Below, one piece after another: positions 1-11,845 of a stretch of DNA of 64,000 bases. The stretch covers positions 6,597,808 through 6,661,807 of the forward strand of contig CM082585.2 of assembly GCA_040954595.2 (NCBI GenBank), in the 5' to 3' direction. Each line of letters opens with the position of its first letter. Position 1 is the stretch's first letter. The stretch is from Balanoglossus misakiensis (taxonomy: Eukaryota; Animalia; Hemichordata). A program made the translations under genes and the position numbers. The notes below the pieces were generated by a model that was given only the letters and a program-made list of their open reading frames with translations, did not search any database and had not been told where the DNA came from.

Positions 1-294
1 TTATGCAAATTATGAAAACTGCCCATGTCAAATATTATTCCGAAATGGTTCTTCATGCACATTAAATATTTTTAAACTTAAAAATCATGGAAAAAATCAT
101 GTTTATTTCTTGATATTTGGCCCAAAATTTTCAATATTAAATTTATGCAAATTAGACATATTTCCACAAGGTGGATTCGGGTGCATTTTTGATATGTTGT
201 TCTTGACACCTCTCCAAAATATATTCTGAAGAAAAAATTTCTGTTGCAATTTGTGGTGGGTTAGGTGCCCAAATCTCGTAGATTGACTAGACTA
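1..294. mobile_element. Right end of a DNA transposon (Academ-like ...GACTAGACTA terminus) in intron 1 of an NLR copy lying left of the window
   Basis: Homology to the other array units begins abruptly at 295 (TAGTTGGTTAATC). The empty site in the last unit reads ATAC-TAG-TTGG (~44200), consistent with a 3-bp TAG target duplication. TAG...CTA ends are typical of Academ. The left end is not visible. Confidence 0.4.
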
Positions 295-552
295 TAGTTG
301 GTTAATCATTGGACATTTAGTGTAGCAGGATATCCTGTTCATTAACCAACACGAGGTCGGTTAATCATTGGACATTTAGTGTACCAGATATACATGTTCA
401 ATGATTAAACAACTCCTCCACCTACAGTAGAGAAGCCATCTTTTGCTATAAACCAGGAACTTTTAATATTACACCATCTAGACTACAAAATAACTTTAAT
501 ATGAGTTCATAGTGTACAGTGTTCTAATATAATGATCTGGCTTTAAACTTAC

Positions 553-650
553 CTTTACAGTTGGTTGATGAAGCTCTCTCACTGCTGTTTGTCTCGTTTC
601 AACGTTAGAGCAAGATGGCAAATAAGTAATGGCTTCAAAATGGCGTTGTC
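553..650 (-). promoter_or_regulatory. Non-coding first exon/promoter of an upstream NLR paralog (copy 0)
   Basis: Minus-strand donor AAAG|GTAAGT at 553/552 with CAAGATGGC/AAAATGGCG (YY1-like) motifs. The same block sits 5' of every NLR copy (~13790, ~25461, ~44459). The transcription start is inferred. Confidence 0.5.
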
Positions 651-1784
651 AAAAAAACCAACAAACAAAAAACTTGTACTATATGAAGACCATAAAAGTT
701 TGGTATAGGGACTTGGACGTATCAGTGGTAGTGTATTCCTATCTGACGACGATGCCTTACTGGTGTTGGAATTTTGGCGGTCAATGGCAGAGTAAGTGTG
801 GAACCCCGTCACGACGTGTTGCACATAGATCTACGGTACACAGGAATGATTTATAGAGTAGACTTTCTTTGGCATTTTGCCATTCAAACATTTCGCAAAA
901 GTCCCAGATATATAGCGCCATCACGGTTGATAATGATAAGCTGAGTTGTATTTGCTTACAAATTTGTGAATTTATTTCTGAAAATAAAGCATAAGCAAAT
1001 TCATTAAAGCCCCAATATCTGCCATTTTCTGGATTATAAAACAATACGTTGGCTAACAAAGCTTTAACGGTTTTGTACACCGCAAGCAAGATGGTTGGTG
1101 GGTTTCCTTTTCATACACAACAGTTTTACAACGATCTGTGTCTTTTATACATCCCAAATGAATATTCTACCTATCAGAATTTATATAATTTAACAGCACG
1201 CTGCAGCCTTCGAATGATGTAGTTCGCGAAAACTGCATATTTCTTTATAAAGCATTTAATTAAAGAAAACAATGTCTTTCTGAACAATTATTTTCTGTAT
1301 TTTAGTGCTTACTGCATACCATAAATTGTAGATGATTTGGAAATGAAACTCTTTGCAATGGGGTCGGAGGCCTATTGCAATAAATAGACACTTAGAAACA
1401 TAAAATGGTATTACCAATCAAAAGTATGATTTATTGAAACTTGACTCTATATCTCCTGAATACAATAAAATAGTACTTGGATACATTCTTGGAAAACAAC
1501 TTTTGTCTTAAATATCTATCTTCAAGAAAGGTGTCCTTCTTAGAGCAGTGTCTGCAAAGACACTAGATACACAGTATACTTTCTACGAATTTCAAAGACC
1601 ATCACATGAATTAATTAAGTTTAGTCTGTTTCTAATATAAGGCGTTTGCAAACTCCATTTTCTGTACACCTCAATTAAAGGACACTGGCGCACACAGATG
1701 CATAGATATTTCCACTGACAGTGGCCGTTGCGATTTGTGAAGGTACGGTGAATTAAATGACCCATGATTTTGGAAATGGTATTA

Positions 1785-1930
1785 CAGTAGAACCTGTCTA
1801 TAGTGGCCAGTCGAGGGACATTCCTAAACTGTCCTTTATAGACAGGTGGCCTTTATATACAGGTCAATGAATGCACATGTATATTGCACAGGGACAGTAA
1901 CAAAGTGGCCACTATATACTGGTTTGATTG
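1785..1930. mobile_element. Tc1/pogo-like MITE upstream of the pentraxin exon (copies at ~14915-15060 and ~29760-29905)
   Basis: TA|CAGTAGAACCTGTCTATAGTGGCCA ... TGGCCACTATATACTGGTTTGATTG|TA: imperfect TIRs with TA flanks. Confidence 0.55.
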
Positions 1931-2005
1931 TATTTCATGAATAATCTTCAGTAATTGATTGTTCACTCACAATAGGAAATGTTTGTTTGCATTTATATTT
2001 TACAG

Positions 2006-2586
2006 AACCAGTGTTGTCTGGGCTTGATGGCAAAATGATTCAGTTTGATGGAGATTACACGTTGCAGTCCTTCAAAACATTACCTAAGCTGACCGATTTA
2101 TCAGTGTGCTTTTGGTGTCAAATCACCGAAAAGAATGGGGGCTGGTTCACCTTTGAAACACAGAACGAATACGTACTGGCATTTTGGCGCGACACTGAGC
2201 TGATGGTGCAGTCGGGCAATTGGAATGGCGAATCACTCTCCGTCGATGACGGCCAATGGCATCACGTGTGTGTCACGTGGAAGTCCAACGGCGGGCTGTG
2301 GCAGGTCTTCAATGATGGCGCCCTAGCTACCAACGGTGCTGGTCTCGGCGACAAATTTGAATTAGCCGCAGGAGGAAAGTTTATCCTGGGAGCATCGAGA
2401 CAGTACAAGGTCAAAGGCAACATGGCGCTGTTTAATGCATGGGACCGGGTGCTCAGCAGTGATGAAGTCAGTGATGTGAAGTCTTCCTGTGATGGTGACT
2501 ACGAGGGGAATCTGTTGTCATGGAAACAGGGTTTAGCACCACCGGAGAGAAAATACACGGCCGATTTTAGCCACTGTACCGGCTAG
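2006..2586 (+). CDS. Pentraxin-domain exon, copy 1 (terminal exon; no in-frame upstream coding exon found)
   Basis: Pentraxin signature DGQWHHVCVTWKS, plus LSVCFW and FNAWDRVLSSDEV. Acceptor TTTTACAG| at 2005/2006. The listed ORF start at 1987 is intronic. Confidence 0.85.
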
Positions 2587-3521
2587 CTAATCAACGTCGA
2601 TTATAGTAAACAATATCATGTGTTTGGAATGTATGCATGCATATATCCAAGATATACATGATTAAAATCGTCTTAAATATTGCATGATTGTAATATTGCA
2701 TGACTTGATTAAAAATATTAGTTGTTTGTTGGATTAGATGTGAAGTAACTTGAAACTTTGTTGCTCTCTCGATATCGTGAAAATTTTAACTCGCGAAAAT
2801 AAAGTGTTTTACAGTACATACAGATATATTCACAAAATGCAGACGTATAGGCTCACAGATTCCCTCTATAAATGTACACAGAACAAAATGGGATTCTTAA
2901 AAATAATAATCTTTATTTCATCCTATTATATGCCATTATCTCAAGTATTGTTGAAATCAAGCAAATAAAATGCAACAACTGTGACAAATTGCAAAAGAAG
3001 GAATTTATTCTAGTTTTAATAAAAACACTACAAGTATGTTTTACCATAGTGAGAGTACACAGTATTTCTCTTGATGTATTGTCTATAATTTACAAATCTT
3101 GGAAAATGACTTGACATATCCATTGAGTAACAAATAAGAAACACAGTGTATAATACTTCATAAAACAATTGGGCTTTGTGATATTGCACCTGTAGACGGT
3201 TTTGGTTAAACCTTCATAAACAACAACAACAACAATTGGGTACTTATCCACGACAAAACTATATGTTTACAATAGTCACGGATCAGAATACAAGTCAGTT
3301 GTACAATGAAAACATTAAGAGCAATATGACTTGTCAATGTCTTTGTTTTTTTATTCTACATGACAAGATATTTAAAAGCTAAATGTACCACATTTTCAAA
3401 CTTTCAAGCCCTCTCAGAATATTAAATAGTCCAACCCTGCAAAGGAATGTGCCCTGGTTACTCGTACCCTTCATTTGTCTTTCTCATAAAAGTAACGGCT
3501 GCTGAAATTTACTGTGGCTGT

Positions 3522-6500
3522 TTAACTTTCATTATGCTTCAAAAAGTTAATGGCTATTCTTAATGTACAGACTGGTTTAAATATGTGCCATCCATCATTA
3601 TTGTCAAATCTATTGGCCAGTGTGATACACTCTTCAATGACCAAATGGTTAGATTTCACCAGAGTTGACATCTCAGACATAAACCTGTCATTTATTCCAA
3701 AACGACTCTCTGATATAATTACTATCGTAAAGGAATTAAGACTGATAGTCTTAGCCTTCTCAAGGAGAGTGCTGACATATGACTGGATTCCATCACACAT
3801 TGATGACACGGTAATAATGAGCTTTAGTGTGAAATGTTTCACGCTTCTAGACCATTGCTGGTTTGGTATCAAACAGGTCAAATCAGAAGCTTTCCATTTA
3901 CGCAAGGCTAAAGATAAGTATTCTACATGTCTGACTTGCCTTGTGAGAATCATAAATGCATTTGCATTTGCCAGGTTGTTAGACAGCATATCAGTTTCAA
4001 ATTCTGTGACACTGCTACACATATTCAATGCCTCCACAAGATTCTCAGTGTTATCAGCTATGTCTATGAGATTATATCCCTGGATGCAAATAGAATTTAA
4101 CACTGGACTGGAGGCGGATTTCAAAGCAGATAGCAACCATGTTGGAAAGCCTCCAGTATAAAAATGCAACATGAATTTTCTTGTTTGTTTACAGTTCTGG
4201 ATAAACCAACGTAGTGAATCAATTTGTGCATCATTCGTATCAAAGTCTAATACTAGAGACACACACTCTGGACTCTTTTCTATAAGTTTGTCAAATGGTA
4301 ATGGGACTTCACGGCACTGATTCTGTACACCCCACTGAAAATTCTGCAAATGTTTGTTGGAACTAACACTTTGGAATAAATGGGTGATAGCCTGGGCACA
4401 TGTTTCTGTGTTCACCAGTTCACCCCGTTTTAATAACAATATTCCATTCAAGGTATTCAAATGCCATCCTCTGTTCAATGCATTTGCTATTTGCTGAATT
4501 GATTCTAAGGTATCACAATACAATGCCACTGATGTTAAACTAATGCAATGTTCAGTTATTTCCTTAATTACCTGTGTGAAGAAATCTGATCCGTCCCAAT
4601 TCTGTAAATATAAATGTTTGATGCCTTGAACACTGTCATTGTTCTGGGCCATGCTATTCAATAGACTAATTACCTGCCCAACCATTTTCTGGCTAAGTAT
4701 ACATGCACCATACAGGCTACTCTCTATGGCATTCCTTGCATCATGATTGAACATATCATAAGGAAACCAACCACTATAAAAATCATAATCACGTTCACCA
4801 TTATCTAGTATCAAATGATTTGGCATAAATGGTGCTAGGTATTCAATTTTGATATTGGCTTCAAATAAACACTTGCAAATTAATGCAAATTCATCTGTGA
4901 TGTCAAAGTCATTCTGACTACTATACTTACTTTGCATCTTCTCAATCAGAACTTTCATAAAAGGGTCTGCTTTCTGTTTTAAGATGCCAGCAACAAACAC
5001 GCAAACCTGTTTTTCTCTTATAATTCTGTCAAGGGCAGACTCTGATCCATCACTACCAAAAATGTTGGTGATATGCAATGCAGTGAAATATTCAAGCCAG
5101 GTTTTATGGTAGAAAAAGCAACCAGTCTGCAACTTGATTCTAGAAATTCCAGTATCTCTCACTAGTAAGCCTAGTGACAGAATTGTTTTGCTGACAGACT
5201 TTTCATCTATCATCATAGACCCTTGTGAACACACATCATATGCAACACTAGCTAATGCAGCCACTTCATCATTTAAATCATTCAGTATGCTATCAGTCAG
5301 TTCCCTGTTATTCTTGCAACAGAATCTCTTCAAAATACAGTCCAAAATTTCAGAATAAATGTCCGTCAAATTATTCTTGGGGATGGTTTTCTTCTCTTCC
5401 CAAAGCAGACAAACAAATGCTAGATGTAAGGGATTACATAGCAGATCTCGCTTGATGTAGTCTGCAGTGTCTACATCATCATCATCGCCATCATGATACC
5501 ATGGCTTACCATCAGATTCTTTAACAACATCAAGGTTTAACTCTGAAACAAGACTCTTCGCTTGGTTTACTCTCTGACTAAAATACTTGCCTATATACTC
5601 AATTGCATCTTTTGTTGAAAAGCCTTCAATTCTGAAGTGCACCTGACATTTTTTGAGAGCTTCATCACATTCATGAGGTCGTGTTGTTGTGACAACTGTA
5701 CACCATGACAACAATTTCTCCGAGATAATAGGAAGTATATCTGATTTCTCTCTGGATGATGATGTAATTTCATCTAACCCATCAAATATACACAGTACTA
5801 AATTTTGATTTTGTTCAATGTAACCATAAAGATCCTCTTTCTTGATTTTGGCATCCCTAGGAAGTAACTGATGGAAGATGATGTCATCTAATCTCTTTTT
5901 GTCAGAAATGTGTCTCATTTCTAAGAGAAACAGAAGTTTGAATTGTGGTAGTTTGCCCTGTGCCCAATCATATGCTAGCTTCCTACAAAATGTTGACTTT
6001 CCCATTGCTGGAGCCCCCTCAATCCTGATTCGACTGCAAATTAACTGTGGATCTTTCTCTTTAAAAATGTCATGCTCACTTGTGAGAACGCTCCCTTTTT
6101 CAAAAAGTTGTCTTCTGTCAGTTTTGATAACTCTCAGTTTCGTGTAGACTTCAGTGAGACTTAGAGATACACTTTCGTTCCATGGAATTGGTCTGAAATC
6201 GTTGAAGTGTCTTGTATACTTTTGTTGTAAATATTCTATCAACCAATGTATGCTTTCTAAAAACAAAATTGGAAATAAAAAAGAAGCATTAAAGTGATGA
6301 ATGACACCACAGTACTCACACTTCGTGCAAGATCGATTCATGAGGGATTACAAAAATAATGTGATCAAGTCAGGATTTTGAGTATCAATACAGTAATGCA
6401 GTGAACATACTAGAATGAACAGTACTATTGCATGCTGCGATTGCAACTGAGGTTCGTGATTGTACAACACTAGTACACGGCTGAATCTTTCAATCAATGG

Positions 6501-9500
6501 CAACGCGTCCATGTAAAATGTCTGTAATCTCTGATACATTGTATTTTGGTTACCTGATACATTTCCTGGCTGACTGGTTGTGATCAGTTCAGCCAGATCA
6601 TATCTCCCAATGCTACGAAGTAAGTCTGTCAGCAAACCTGTTTTGTCTTCCCCAATGACTTTTCTGTCAAGTAACTTCTCAAACAACTCTGTAGCAAGTT
6701 GAATTCCTTCAATTTCTCTCTTTGGTATTCTCGTTGATCTCATGTTTCTGCACAGGAATTTCATGGATTTAAGTTCATCTGTAATGGTAATTACACAAAA
6801 CAAAATTGTTAAGAATTAATTAATCTGTGAGTTTTTTGTCCCAGAAGCTGTAGAAATCTTAATAACAACCAACTGCTATATAATACACACCTTTCGTTTT
6901 CTTTTATGGGGTTACATTTTTATGTGTAGCCCTATAATTTTACACCATTTTATAATTCCTTATACATGTAGTAAATTTTCAATTACCCATTACCTGACCA
7001 AACATGCAAGTGAACATGGCCTTCATATAAGGACTTAATTCGCACCCTTATTTACATGTGCCTATAGCTGCTTGCATGCATGCAGGGTATTAAACACCAC
7101 TCTTACCAGTTTGCCTAGTATATTGAGACTTTAATTGGTGTATGGTAGGTACAAATGCATGTAATACGACCATCATAATTAGTTTACAGTCTGTTATAAC
7201 TAATACAATCCACTTACCCTGTCCTATTTCATCTGCTATTCTGAGAAGTAACCCAATAAAACGATCTTTACTTCTTTGAGTGTAACTTTCAGTGGCTTGT
7301 ATCTCCTCTGTCCCTTTAAAATTGAAATTTGGAGAAACATGTGAATGTTTGAAAAGATTAACCTTTTTAATTCGATGCACATCATAGTCAGAGCTGTAGT
7401 GTTTAAAATGTAAAAAAATATTATCACTTTAAAACCCCTGACCAAAATCTTTTGAACTATGCTATTAGTCATTATACATCGCAAGCATTTGTGCCCTTGG
7501 AATTTTTAGGTTCAAAATATTTTCCTAGAGGAACATTTATGCTATCTTGTAATTCCAACCTCAACACTTAGCTCTCCCTTTATATCCAGGTTCAACATTT
7601 TATTGGCTACTTTTAAGCTTTAACCATACCAGCCACACCCCTGAATTATAAGTTGTCATTTTTTAAATATACCTGTGCGTGCCTCCTGTATATTTGGTAT
7701 CTGTATTTCATGAGCCCATTCAGAGAGTTGATGCTTAAACCATTTTGTATATTCATGGTTATATTTCTCATGACCTAACACTGCATCATAGTGTCCTGTA
7801 CTGAGCCAACTGATGTAGATATCACATGTAGGACTATCACCATGTCTTGGACTTTGTAACAGAAATGTTGGTTCCATCCCACTGTTCGTACCACCAACCA
7901 ATACATGTATATTGACACACACACGGCGGCTTAAGGCAGCAATTTCTGTTAAACCAGCGCACATACCATCCATGGCAGCTCTCGTCAGGAAATCTTTTGG
8001 ATCTCCTTCAATTACATGCTGGAACTGAGGTAAGTTTTGTCTTATATAGTTCGCAGCCTCTTGTCTGAGAATACCGTGTAAAGACTGACCGCCGTACATG
8101 GATTCTGCAATGGCACGATAGAGGCAGTTTCCATCTGGAATAATGTCGTATCTGTACAAACCCTGGCTTTGTAAGAATGCATCCTGTACTTCCTGTTCTA
8201 GGACTGTTTTGTTACTTTTAAGCTTTTGGTGTAGGGTTTTGATGGATTCTATAGGTGTCCGCAGCGTATGGAAAATCTCTGTAAAGTATACATGATAGTT
8301 CATTATGTCATGTAGTAATTGAAAAAAAAACTACTTGTGGCCGTATGTTTATATGTACGTAACCTATAAAGTAGTAAGACATGGTGGCTTGCCTTCAATA
8401 TTAAACTTTCAGGAGTTTCTACAGGACAAAATATTGTTTTTATTCAAAATTTACAGTCTGACCAAATACATAAGAGGTTCAAGGGTCAGTGCCAGACTCC
8501 TCCAACATCGTCATCACATCATCATCATCATCATCATCATTCATTATCATCATCATCATTAAACAGTCACACAGGACAAAATATTGTTTTTATTCAAAAT
8601 TTACAGTCTGACCAAATACATAAGAGGTTCAAGGGTCAGTGCCAGACTCCTCCAACATCGTCGTCACATCATCATCATCATCATCATCATTCATTATCAT
8701 CATCATCATTAAACAGTCACACATAAAATAACTTGGTTCCACTATAAATGCTGCCCTTAAACTAAGCTAAACTTTCATTTCTCAATATCAGTTAAGTTTA
8801 ATATTTACCTGGTGTATGTCCTCTTGTCACAGTTGTTGGTATTTTGTCTGGAGTAGCAATCTGCTCATACATTATTTCTGTAGGCTGAATTTGCCCTGAT
8901 TGTGACACCGACGTAGAGGGTGGCCTCACTGATGCTTCAGTTCGTCCAGATGAATAAGTGCCGGAAGACTGGACCGTTTTTTGTGGTAGTTGCACTAGTT
9001 GCAGCTGTGAGAAAAGTTGTTGGCATGGCAATGGTTGTTGTTGGAAGGTCTGTGTTGGCATTGCTGATCCTGAATAGCCTTGATGTTCACGTGTGTGAGC
9101 CATAATTGTTTGTGGCTCTGTATGCTGGTGTTGCTGGGGCATGTGAGCCTGTTGACTGATATTCTGCATAACCCTCACTTCAGATTTCCCTGGCTTATGT
9201 AACTGTTGTGGTATTGAAGATGGGGCATGCAGATGCTGTGTCTGTGATGCTGACTGAGGTAACCAATGTTGCATTGCCTGGCTGTCTGAAAACTGGTGTT
9301 GTAGTGGCCGAAATGAAGACTGTTGACCATCAGTTACTGACATATCTGGCTGCCACAGGTAATTGTGCTGCAATGATTCGGTTGTCAGATCTTGGGGGTT
9401 GCTACTTTCTTCCTAAAAATTAATACATGTATGTACAAATTGTGAAACAAACCGAATACTCTGCTCATTTTCTCATGGTGTAGATACAGAAATACACACT

Positions 9501-9910
9501 AACATGGTGATCGAATATCTGCAGTCTCTGTTCGGCCTGTATCTGGAATCTTTTCTAAATATGTACTTAATATTTAATTCATTGCACCTTAATTCTTACA
9601 TACAACTACCATAAACCAGCCACAAAACAAACAAAAACGGCTTAGGTCCTCTGGGGTATACTTTTCACAGGTTTTGCAATAGTCTTAAAAATACATTAGC
9701 AGAAAGGATACATATCATAGATATGATGCAAAGATTTATACAAATTTAAGTTTACTGCAGATGACCATGTTGAGATTTTATCAATTATTGATGTATGATT
9801 TGTCTCATTGACTTCTATGAGAAAATGCATCATTGGCTCCACCACATGAAAAAGGTAATTAATGTAAAATTGCCTAAAAAAAATGCTAATACCTGTGAAT
9901 ACTGTTCCAT
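3522..9910 (-). CDS. NLR copy 1: Q-rich linker-OTU(OTUD1-like)-DED-NACHT-LRR-like, ~1427 aa
   Basis: In-frame GT-AG exons 9910-9893 (MEQYSQ), 9412-8809, 8278-7673 (OTU), 7313-7218 + 6778-6554 (DED) and 6256-3522 (NACHT/LRR). NACHT motifs: Walker A GAPAMGKST, Walker B CIFDGLDE, sensor TTRP, NPLHL, FYHKTWLEYF. Confidence 0.85.
6554..7313 (-). CDS. Death effector domain exons of NLR copy 1
   Basis: FIGLLLRIADEIGQ|DELKSMKFLC...LFEKLLDRKVIGEDKTGLLTDLLRSIGRYDL, including the DED RxDL motif. Confidence 0.8.
7673..8278 (-). CDS. OTU deubiquitinase exon (OTUD1-like) of NLR copy 1
   Basis: Cys box IIPDGNCLYRA and His box ISWLSTGHYDAV; from memory these resemble OTUD1 IIPDGNCLYRA...LSWLSNGHYDAV. 606-nt phase 1-1 exon. 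Confidence 0.88.
8421..8720. repeat. 150-bp tandem duplication containing a (CAT)n microsatellite
   Basis: ACAGGACAAAATATTG... begins at both 8421 and 8571. Confidence 0.85.
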
Positions 9911-10552
9911 GTTGGTATCCCAGGTATGAAGTCTTCTTGGAGATTTTTTTCCTTTTCTTTTTCTTCTTCATCACCTCCTTTTACTTTTTGGATAACTTTA
10001 AATACTCAGAGTTACTCTGAGTCAGTAAATGACGATCTGTAGTGTTTGTTTTCCTGTCAAGAGAAGATGTTAAAAATTTTACAGACAGAGATTTCAAATG
10101 ACCTTATATCGATCCTTTAAAGTTTTACAACTTTGTCTGTTGACTTAAAGAAAATTGGGGTGGGTGGAGGTCAAAGGTCTTGGAAACAAGTAATCTACTG
10201 TTCGCGGTGTCTGGGCTAACATTATTGCAACCGTAGGATTAGATATGGGTTGACAGTCCCCAGTTACTTGCACTTTCCGGACAGGTTGTTTTTGTGAATG
10301 TATTGGATGTTCTTGAATAGAAAAAGGTATAAGGCTGTCTTTTTATTTCACACATTTCTTTTTCAGTTTTGGGGTTGAACATTCCTGAATATTTCAATGA
10401 CGTACTCAAGACTTATGATGAACAAAGTTAATCACACTGCAGCGAATACCATGAGTACAAACGCAATAACAAGTGGAAGAAATTCAAGAAAATCATACAT
10501 CTTTGCTGTTCAAGTTTCTGCATAAATAAAAGCTGATGTGTATCCATACTTA

Positions 10553-11358
10553 GGCTGCATTCACAAACACCTCTGGAGGGGGGGGGGGGGGGGCAGGAGA
10601 ATTGAGGGGGGGGGGGATTTGAAAAAATTGAGGGTATGTAAGGGGGGGATTTGAAATAATTTAGGGACTGAAAGGGGGGGACTTGAAAACTTTAACGACT
10701 AAATATTTATTTTGAGTCCACAAAAATGCAGTTTCGCGCCCTTTATTTTACAAAATTTTCTAATGTGGGAGGGGGACACCCCCTCCCACACCCACCCCCC
10801 TCCATTCATCAACACCTTTCAATCATTGACTGGCTTATCTAGTGTCCCAGGTCAGGGGACTTGCCCCCACCCCATGATAACTTTGAGCGACGACGGTTAA
10901 ATTTGTCCTCCCCAACATACCGGTAGTTGAGTTAATTTGCTTTTGCCGGGTTCATTAAAATGCAGCTTTGAGCTCTGTATTTTAGAAAATCTTCTTACGT
11001 GGGAGGGGGACACCCCCTTCCAAACCCATCCCCTTCAATTCTCGGTTTACAATGTCTCCCAACACAGAATACAAATATATGTACTTAAAAAATAAAAACA
11101 ATGTTCAGTTTTAATACCCACTGATGAGGAGAAACATCAGTTTCAAATTCTTTTCATGGGAGCGCTGTTTTTCTTTTTTTAAGATAGATAGGTGATGTGT
11201 TTTGCTCTGTGAAAGAAGATGGGGGGGATTTCAAAATTTTGGCAGTTCGGAAGGGGGGGATTTGAAAATATTGGCAGTTCGGAAGGGGGGCATGTGAAAA
11301 TTAGCGGTAAAAAAAATTGAATTCTCCCGCCCCCCCCCCCCCCTTTGTGAATGCAGCC
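10553..11358. mobile_element. PIF/Harbinger-like MITE (~806 bp)
   Basis: TTA|GGCTGCATTCACAAA ... TTTGTGAATGCAGCC|TTA, with a 3-bp TTA TSD. The empty site ACTTAAG is present in units 2 and 3. Confidence 0.85.
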
Positions 11359-11845
11359 TTAAGTTCAAGAAAAAGATGAATATTAAACCAGACTTTATAA
11401 ATCTGACAAGTGATTTCCTGTTTTCAGGGAATATTGGAAATTTCAACATTGTGAGCATGTCAGAACTCCAAATATGCGGGCAAGATCACATCTTGCAAAT
11501 TAATCTCAGCCAAGCACATTGGTAATTAAATTTATAAGGTGTGAACTTGCCCGCATAGTTGAAGTTCTCAAGCTCACAATGTTGAAATTTTACCTGAAAC
11601 TAAAAAAGGCGATGTCGTATTTTCAGGCAATATTGGAAATCACTTTTTGAGGAGACTGTGACATGTTGTTCACTGTTTACAACAGTGAGTTTGATGCACT
11701 TAATTGCTGATTAATCTTTGGATCTGACTCTGAAACTAGCACTGGAGGGTCAGAATCAGAATCAGTATCAGCTGGAAAGGTCACGCAAAGACGAGGGTCA
11801 AGTGAATCTGACAAAAAACGTCTAGCACATAGATGTATTTATACT

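Noticed and set aside
629-1089. Short ORFs in the NLR promoter region (MASKWRCQK... and others)
   Set aside because: They are frameshifted or truncated in other copies and have no recognisable domain.
790-1352. NF-kB/ISRE-like sites (GGGTTTCC, GAAATGAAACT) upstream of the NLRs
   Set aside because: These short imperfect matches are expected by chance in AT-rich DNA.
3550-6147. Plus-strand ORFs repeated in each unit (203, 74, 66, 89 aa)
   Set aside because: They are antisense shadows of the NACHT exon, and their lengths are not conserved across copies.
7656-8303. Stand-alone OTU gene starting at the listed ATG
   Set aside because: The ORF ends differ between copies outside the conserved splice sites, and the exon splices in frame to its neighbours.
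11594-11807. Additional N-terminal coding exon (DSLDPRLCVTFPADTDSD...)
   Set aside because: It has in-frame stops or indels among copies, and a stop precedes the MEQYSQ ATG; at most it is a 5' UTR exon.
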